From an uncultured bacterium (GTDB lineage Bacteria; UBA8481): 64,000 bases of DNA. Shown piece after piece: positions 58,982-64,000 of the stretch. Within the stretch, counting starts at the first letter, position 1. Each line of letters opens with the position of its first letter. The notes beneath the pieces were generated by a model. That model made no database searches. It had not been told where the DNA came from and saw only the letters and a program-made list of their open reading frames with translations. The stretch is taken from contig CAZJQD010000007.1 of the NCBI GenBank assembly GCA_964548165.1, positions 25,665 through 89,664 of the forward strand, given 5' to 3'. The position numbers and the translations under genes were made by a program.

Positions 58982-60697
58982 ATGGCGCGCATCCTCGGCA
59001 TCTCCTGCTTCTACCACGACGCCGCCGCCTGCCTCGTCGTCGACGGCGCCGTCATCGCCGCCGCCGACGAGGAACGCTTCTCCCGCAAGAAACACGACGC
59101 TGGTTTCCCCAAGCTCGCCATCGAGTTCTGCCTCAAGAAGGGCGGGCTCTCGATGCAGGACCTCGACGCCATCGTCTTCTACGAGAAGCCGTTCCGGAAG
59201 TTCCACCGCCTGCTGATGACCTCGCTGGCGACCTTCCCGAAGTCCTACAAGTTCTTCACCCGCTCCATGTCCACCTGGCTCGGCGAGAAGCTCTGGATGA
59301 AGTCCTACATCCACAACGAGACCGGGCTCCCCGCCGAGAAGATCCTCTTCATCGAGCATCACCTCTCGCACGCCGCGTCCGCCTACCTCCCCTCGCCCTA
59401 CCAGGAGGCGGCCATCCTCTCCGTCGACGGCGTCGGCGAGTGGACCACGACCGCCATGGGTCACGCGAAGACCGAGAACGGCCACACGACGATCAACCTC
59501 ACTGACGAGATCCAGTTCCCGCACTCCCTCGGCCTCCTCTACTCCGCCTTCACCGCCTGGCTCGGGTTCGAGGTCAACGAGGGCGAGTACAAGGTCATGG
59601 GCATGGCCCCCTACGGCCGCCCCGAGTTCCTCGACAAGATCCACAAGGTCGCCAAGCTCGACGACGACGGCCACCTCCAGCTCGACATGAGCTACTTCAG
59701 CCACCACTGGCACTTGGAGAAGACCTTCACGCAGAAGTTCGTCGATCTCTTCGGCGAGCCCCTCAAGCGCGCGGACGACGTCGCCCCCTACTCGCTCCAC
59801 GCCAACGTCGCCTCCTCCATCCAGAAGTTCACGGAGGAAGCCATCCTCCGGATGGCCCGGACCGCTCACAAGAAGACCGGCTGCAAGAAGCTCGTCATGG
59901 CCGGCGGCTGCGCGCTCAACTCCGTCGCCAACTACCGCATCCTCAAGGAGACCCCGTTCGAGGAGATCTTCATCCAGCCCGCGGCCGGCGACTCCGGCGG
60001 CGCGATGGGCGCCGCGCTCTACGCCGACCACGTCCTCTTCGGGAACCCCCGCGCCTTCCACCTCGAGCACGCCTACTGGGGCGAGGAATACTCCCAGGGC
60101 GACGTCGAAACCTTCCTCAAGACGACGGGCGCGAAGTGGGAGCGGATCGAGGACGACGCGAAGCTCTTTGGCATGATCACCGAGCGCCTGCAGAAGCAGC
60201 AGGTCATCGGCTGGATGCAGGGGCGATTCGAGTGGGGGCCGCGCGCCCTCGGCAACCGTTCCATCCTCGCCGATCCCCGGCACGCCGTGATGAAGGACAT
60301 CGTGAACCGGAAGATCAAGTTCCGCGAGCCGTTCCGGCCGTTCGCGCCCTCCATCCTCATGGACGCCACGCCCTCCTTCTTCGAGATGCAGGATCCGCTC
60401 CGGCACCAGCCCAATCGCTACATGCTCTACGTCGTCCCCATCACCAACGACAAGATCCCGGCCGTGAAGCACGAGGACGGCACCGGGCGCCTGCAGACCG
60501 TCGAGCGTCACACCAACCAGCGCTACTACGACATGATCAAGACCCACGGCGACGCCACGGGCGTCCCGGTCGTCCTGAACACCAGCTTCAACCTGAAGGG
60601 CGAGCCCATCGTCACGACCCCGGAGAACGCGTTCTCCACGTTCATGCGTTGCGAGATGGACATGCTGGTCATCCAAAACGCCGTGGTGTACAAATAA
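58982..60697 (+). CDS. NodU/CmcH-family carbamoyltransferase
   Basis: N-terminus MARILGISCFYHDAAACLVVDG and the NodU/CmcH architecture, with a C-terminal domain (EPFRPFAPSIL, NTSFNLKGEPIV). Confidence 0.9.
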   Translation: MARILGISCFYHDAAACLVVDGAVIAAADEERFSRKKHDAGFPKLAIEFCLKKGGLSMQDLDAIVFYEKPFRKFHRLLMTSLATFPKSYKFFTRSMSTWLGEKLWMKSYIHNETGLPAEKILFIEHHLSHAASAYLPSPYQEAAILSVDGVGEWTTTAMGHAKTENGHTTINLTDEIQFPHSLGLLYSAFTAWLGFEVNEGEYKVMGMAPYGRPEFLDKIHKVAKLDDDGHLQLDMSYFSHHWHLEKTFTQKFVDLFGEPLKRADDVAPYSLHANVASSIQKFTEEAILRMARTAHKKTGCKKLVMAGGCALNSVANYRILKETPFEEIFIQPAAGDSGGAMGAALYADHVLFGNPRAFHLEHAYWGEEYSQGDVETFLKTTGAKWERIEDDAKLFGMITERLQKQQVIGWMQGRFEWGPRALGNRSILADPRHAVMKDIVNRKIKFREPFRPFAPSILMDATPSFFEMQDPLRHQPNRYMLYVVPITNDKIPAVKHEDGTGRLQTVERHTNQRYYDMIKTHGDATGVPVVLNTSFNLKGEPIVTTPENAFSTFMRCEMDMLVIQNAVVYK

Positions 60698-60700
60698 TCC

Positions 60701-60868
60701 ATGTCACTCAAGATGAAGCTCGGCATCTTCGGGGAGTTCCTCCAGTTCCTCTGGAAGGAGAAGCTCTGGTGGATGATCCCGATGATCCTGGTGCTCCTCG
60801 TGTTCGGGCTCCTCATCGTCTTTGCCCAGTCCTCGCCCATCGCCCCGTTCATCTACACCCTCTTCTAG
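60701..60868 (+). CDS. DUF5989-like 55-aa membrane peptide (not in ORF track)
   Basis: ATG 60701 to TAG 60866-60868. MSLKMKLGIFGEFLQFLWKEKLWWMIPMILVLLVFGLLIVFAQSSPIAPFIYTLF. The C-terminal PFIYTLF and the position 3 nt after the carbamoyltransferase stop match the small ORFs that follow NodU/CmcH genes. Confidence 0.6.
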   Translation: MSLKMKLGIFGEFLQFLWKEKLWWMIPMILVLLVFGLLIVFAQSSPIAPFIYTLF

Positions 60869-60914
60869 GATACCGACCACGACTCCTGCTGGCCCCGCCC
60901 GAGCGCGACCCGTA

Positions 60915-60943
60915 TTGACGCCCACCGACTCCGGGCGTAGCTT
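60915..60943 (+). promoter_or_regulatory. sigma-70-like promoter TTGACG-N17-TAGCTT upstream of the DUF47-PiT operon
   Basis: -35 TTGACG at 60915-60920 and -10 TAGCTT at 60938-60943. SD GGGAGGA before the ATG at 60977. Confidence 0.3.
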
Positions 60944-60976
60944 GGGCGGCTTCGATTCTCACGATCGGGAGGACGC

Positions 60977-61627
60977 ATGATCTTCGGACGAAAAAAGAAG
61001 CAGCAACCGGAAGACGTCCAGGCGCTCTTCACCCGCCACGTGGAGCTCGTCCGGCACGCTCTGGAACAGCTTCTCTGCGTCGTGGACGACTATCTCTCCG
61101 GGAGCACCGCGCTCCGCGACGACTCCTTCCGGATCCACGAGCTCGAGCACGAGGCGGACATCATCCGCAGGCGCATCCAGGAATCCATGTCAGCCGGCGC
61201 CTTCCTGCCCTTCTACCGCGAGGACTACATCACCCTGGCCGGCATGATCGACAAGATCGCCGGACGCGCCGTCGAGCTCTCCAAGTCGCTCGTTCTGGAA
61301 AAGCCCATCATCCCCGCGGACTGCGCCGCCGACTTCCGCCTCCTGGCCCAGAGCGTCCTGGAGACCTACATGCCGCTCGTCCTGGCCCTCGACGCCATCT
61401 TCCAGGACGCCGAGGGTGTCGACCCGTACGTGGAGCAAGTCTCGGAGGGGGAACAGGTCACGGACTCCATCGAGTGGAAGTTGACCAAGCGGATCTATGC
61501 CGCCGACATCCCGCGCATCGAGCAGGTCATCACCGCGCGGGCCATCATCCGGATATCGGCCATCGCGGACGCGATCGAGAACGCGGCCGACAAGGCGCGG
61601 GTCATCGTGACCAAGCAGATGCACTGA
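60977..61627 (+). CDS. DUF47-family (PhoU-like) protein
   Basis: 216 aa helical protein. The GAFLPFYREDYI...IDKIAGRAV core is typical of DUF47/YkaA proteins encoded with PiT transporters. Confidence 0.75.
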   Translation: MIFGRKKKQQPEDVQALFTRHVELVRHALEQLLCVVDDYLSGSTALRDDSFRIHELEHEADIIRRRIQESMSAGAFLPFYREDYITLAGMIDKIAGRAVELSKSLVLEKPIIPADCAADFRLLAQSVLETYMPLVLALDAIFQDAEGVDPYVEQVSEGEQVTDSIEWKLTKRIYAADIPRIEQVITARAIIRISAIADAIENAADKARVIVTKQMH

Positions 61628-61629
61628 TC

Positions 61630-62649
61630 TTGAGCGCGCTCCTCGCCCTGCTGACGCGGTGGCACCTCCTGGGCGGTCTCTACCTCGCCTGGGGCCTCGG
61701 CGCCAACGACTCCTCCAAGATCTTCGCGCCCGCCATCGCCACGAACTCCATTCGCTACCGCACGGCCGCGATCCTGGTTGCCGTCTTTGTCATCCTCGGC
61801 GCCGGCATCCAGGGCCATACGCTCTACGAGAACTACCGCTTCTCGGGCGGTTCGCCGGACGAGACGGCTGAGGCGCGCCTCCGCGACGCCGCCATCGCCA
61901 CGGCCTCGGCCGCCCTGGCCATCATGGTCTCGACGCTCCTCGCCATGCCCGTCTCCTCCTCCCAGGCCGCCGTCGGCGCCATGATCGGAGTGGCCGCCGC
62001 GCGCCTCGGACCCTCCGGGATAGATTTCGGCCAGATCGGCACGATGCTGGCCTGCTGGATTGCCACGCCTCCCGCGGCCGCCCTCCTGGCCATGCTCCTG
62101 TACTACCTCATGGCGCGCACCCCGATCCGGTGGTTCCGGTCCGTCCAGCGTCGCAATACCGCCCTCCAGCGCGGCCTCATCATCTTCGGGTGCTACGAGG
62201 CCTTCGCGCTGGGAGCCAACAACGTCGTCGTCACCACAGGCCCCTTCTACCTCGCCGGCTTCTTCGGTCCCGCCGGCCCTGATGCGCATTCCGCGCGCGT
62301 CATCGCCGCGCTCCTTGGAGGAACCTTCATCGCGATCGGGGCCTTTACCTACGGGCACAAGGTGATGGAGACGATGAGCCGGAAGATCACCGTGCTCGAT
62401 CCGCTCTCGGCCGGCGTCGTCGCGGCCGCCACGGCGCTCACCATGCAGGTCTTCACCTTCATGAAGGTTCCGGTCTCGATCACGCAGGCCGGCGTCGGGG
62501 CCCTCATCGGCGTCGGACTCACGAAGGGTTCCGGCGGTCTCCAGGTGGCCACGCTGAAGCGCATCGCGATCGCCTGGGTGACGTCGCCGCTCTCCGCGGC
62601 CGCCATCGCCTGGCTCATCAGCATCGTGGCGATCAGGTTCTGGGGATGA
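61630..62649 (+). CDS. inorganic phosphate transporter, PiT family
   Basis: TTG start 3 nt after the DUF47 stop. Degenerate PiT GANDxxN signature (GLGANDSSKIF). About 10 TM helices. The upstream part of track ORF 61474 overlaps the DUF47 gene and is unlikely to be translated. Confidence 0.7.
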   Translation: MSALLALLTRWHLLGGLYLAWGLGANDSSKIFAPAIATNSIRYRTAAILVAVFVILGAGIQGHTLYENYRFSGGSPDETAEARLRDAAIATASAALAIMVSTLLAMPVSSSQAAVGAMIGVAAARLGPSGIDFGQIGTMLACWIATPPAAALLAMLLYYLMARTPIRWFRSVQRRNTALQRGLIIFGCYEAFALGANNVVVTTGPFYLAGFFGPAGPDAHSARVIAALLGGTFIAIGAFTYGHKVMETMSRKITVLDPLSAGVVAAATALTMQVFTFMKVPVSITQAGVGALIGVGLTKGSGGLQVATLKRIAIAWVTSPLSAAAIAWLISIVAIRFWG

Positions 62650-62701
62650 GAGAATACATTGAGACCGCGGCTATCGCGGATAAGACGCAGGAGGCGTAGC
62701 C

Positions 62702-63340
62702 ATGTTCTTCGGCAAAAGTGAAATGAAGGTGCGCGATCGCATGCTCGAGCACGTGACGGCCGTGAAGTCCGCGCTCAGCCAGCTCCCCGTCGTCCTCGAC
62801 ACGTACTTCGACGCCCCCGAGAAGCTCGAAGACGCCACGTACGAAGTGCACCGGCTCGAGCACAAGGCCGACGACCTGCGCCGCGCCATCCAGCACGAGC
62901 TCGCGGGTGGCGCGTTCCTCCCCTTCTACCGCGAGGACTACATCGCGCTCGCGGACATGATCGACAAGGTCGCCAACCGCGCCGTCTCCCTCGCCAAGGC
63001 GATCTCGCTGGAGCGGCCGCAGTTCCCGGTCGATATCCGCCCGGGGCTCCGCGAGATCGCCGTCTGCACGGCCGAGAGCTTCGCCCACTTCGAGACCATC
63101 ATCCCCGCGCTCTTTGGGAACCAGGAGGACACGATGCAATTGACCGAGCTCGTGTCCGAAGGCGAGCAGAAGGCGGATTCGCTCGAGTGGAAGCTCCAGA
63201 AGGCCATCTTCGGCAATCCGGCCATCGACCGCGCCGAGCAGATCGTCCTGGCCGGCATCGTCCAGCGGCTATCGAGCATCCTCGACTCGATCGAGAACGC
63301 CGCCGACAAGGTGAGGCTCATCGTCGTCAAGAAGGCCTAG
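62702..63340 (+). CDS. DUF47-family (PhoU-like) protein, second paralogue
   Basis: Shares the GGAFLPFYREDYIALADMIDKVANRAV core and C-terminal SILDSIENAADKVRLIVVKKA with the first DUF47 gene. SD GGAGG before the ATG. Confidence 0.75.
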   Translation: MFFGKSEMKVRDRMLEHVTAVKSALSQLPVVLDTYFDAPEKLEDATYEVHRLEHKADDLRRAIQHELAGGAFLPFYREDYIALADMIDKVANRAVSLAKAISLERPQFPVDIRPGLREIAVCTAESFAHFETIIPALFGNQEDTMQLTELVSEGEQKADSLEWKLQKAIFGNPAIDRAEQIVLAGIVQRLSSILDSIENAADKVRLIVVKKA

Positions 63341-63401
63341 CGCCGGCGGGCCGCCGACAAGGTGAGGCTCATCGTCGTCAAGAAGGCCTAGCGCCGGCGG
63401 G
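63300..63401 (+). repeat. perfect 51-bp tandem duplication spanning the stop codon of the second DUF47 gene
   Basis: cgccgacaaggtgaggctcatcgtcgtcaagaaggcctagcgccggcgggc occurs twice back to back (63300-63350 and 63351-63401). Confidence 0.9.
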
Positions 63402-63430
63402 CCCATACGTAGCGGCCGCAGGCTCGCTCG

Positions 63431-64000
63431 TTACCCGCCCGCTGCGATCCGCTCGACGCTCCGGAGCGCCAGCGCCAGCGCGGTCAGCGTCGGATTGACG
63501 GGGCCCGAGCAACCCGGAAAGAGGCCGGTCCCCGCCAGGTAGAGATTCGTCGAACCGTGCACGCGGCCCCACGGATCGGCCACCCCCTCACCTGCCGACC
63601 CGCCCATCCGCATCCCCGACATGTGATGGCCGCCTGAATACCACGCGTTCTCGCGCGCCATCGTGGCTCGCCGCGCTCCCGACGCCGCCACGTACCGGTC
63701 ATAGAGATCGCGCGCATAGAGGTAGGTCGCGTGATCGAAATCGGAGTCTCCCACGTGGACCCGCGCCACGGGATCTCCGTGCCGATCTCGTCGCGCTCCC
63801 AGGGTCACGGCATTCTCCGGCGCCGCCAGGGATTCGGCGTGAAACCCGACGATCCTCCGCTTCAGGCGCGGCGCTAGCCGGTCCAACGCCTCTCGTCCGT
63901 TCGCCGCCGTGATGCCGCCGGCGAATTCCCAGGACGCACGCGTCGAGAGCTCCACCTTGATCCCGCCGCGCCTCCCCCGTCGCGACGGCTCCAGGAATTG
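63431..64000 (-). CDS. GMC-family oxidoreductase, C-terminal part (gene continues beyond window end)
   Basis: GMC_oxred_C motifs: HxxGSxRMG (HHMSGMRMGGSA), VADPWGRVHGSTNLYLAGTGLFP. The reading frame stays open to position 64000. Confidence 0.65.
   Translation of the reverse strand, partial: QFLEPSRRGRRGGIKVELSTRASWEFAGGITAANGREALDRLAPRLKRRIVGFHAESLAAPENAVTLGARRDRHGDPVARVHVGDSDFDHATYLYARDLYDRYVAASGARRATMARENAWYSGGHHMSGMRMGGSAGEGVADPWGRVHGSTNLYLAGTGLFPGCSGPVNPTLTALALALRSVERIAAGG

Overview
Very GC-rich (about 70% by eye, not computed) chromosomal segment from a Gram-negative (diderm) bacterium. I could not assign a phylum, but the sigma-54 regulator and the long coiled-coil protein are reminiscent of Myxococcota-like or candidate-phylum genomes. 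The window is densely packed (about 50 genes), mostly in short operons, with frequent 1-4 nt start/stop overlaps (GTGA, ATGA) and common GTG/TTG starts.

Recognisable content, in order:
- an ABC exporter (ATPase plus large ABC-2 permease) facing a divergent AsmA/TamB-like envelope protein;
- a minus-strand operon: lipoprotein, MtgA, PLD-family lipoprotein, class III aminotransferase, LuxE-family acyl-protein synthetase;
- ileS-lspA-lgt-rluD;
- a lone short flagellin with an exact sigma-28 -10 box (GCCGATAA);
- a B-domain-less pyruvate-kinase homologue with a proline/glutamate/lysine-rich tandem-repeat tail;
- TlpA thioredoxin plus ABC exporter, a second TlpA lipoprotein, a GT-C glycosyltransferase and SixA;
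- an operon of RidA, a giant protein (STAS, two zinc ribbons, about 1,400-aa coiled coil, TPR), a sensor kinase and a sigma-54 (NtrC-type) response regulator;
- HtpG, a PAS histidine kinase plus stand-alone REC, two further class III aminotransferase-family genes, a CPA2 antiporter and DoxX;
- a LysM-TolC fusion with an RND pump;
- a secreted glycoside-hydrolase-like protein, an ACT-malic enzyme and a GH3 beta-glucosidase with PA14;
- a parvulin PPIase and an orphan CsgG-like lipoprotein with TPR;
- an NCS1 nucleobase transporter;
- a carbamoyltransferase trio, including a 55-aa DUF5989-like ORF missing from the track;
- DUF47-PiT-DUF47 ending in a perfect 51-bp tandem duplication;
- the 3' fragment of a GMC oxidoreductase.

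I found no rRNA, tRNA, CRISPR array, transposase or integrase.

The best candidates for undescribed biology are:
- the giant STAS/zinc-ribbon/coiled-coil/TPR protein co-transcribed with a sigma-54 two-component system;
- the LuxE (no LuxC) plus aminotransferase plus PLD cluster;
- the pseudo-pyruvate kinase;
- a recurring 15-bp palindrome pair (CCCATCRYGGATGGG x2) upstream of lgt and of the NCS1 transporter;
- the conserved but uncharacterised SxtJ-like / carbamoyltransferase / DUF5989 module.
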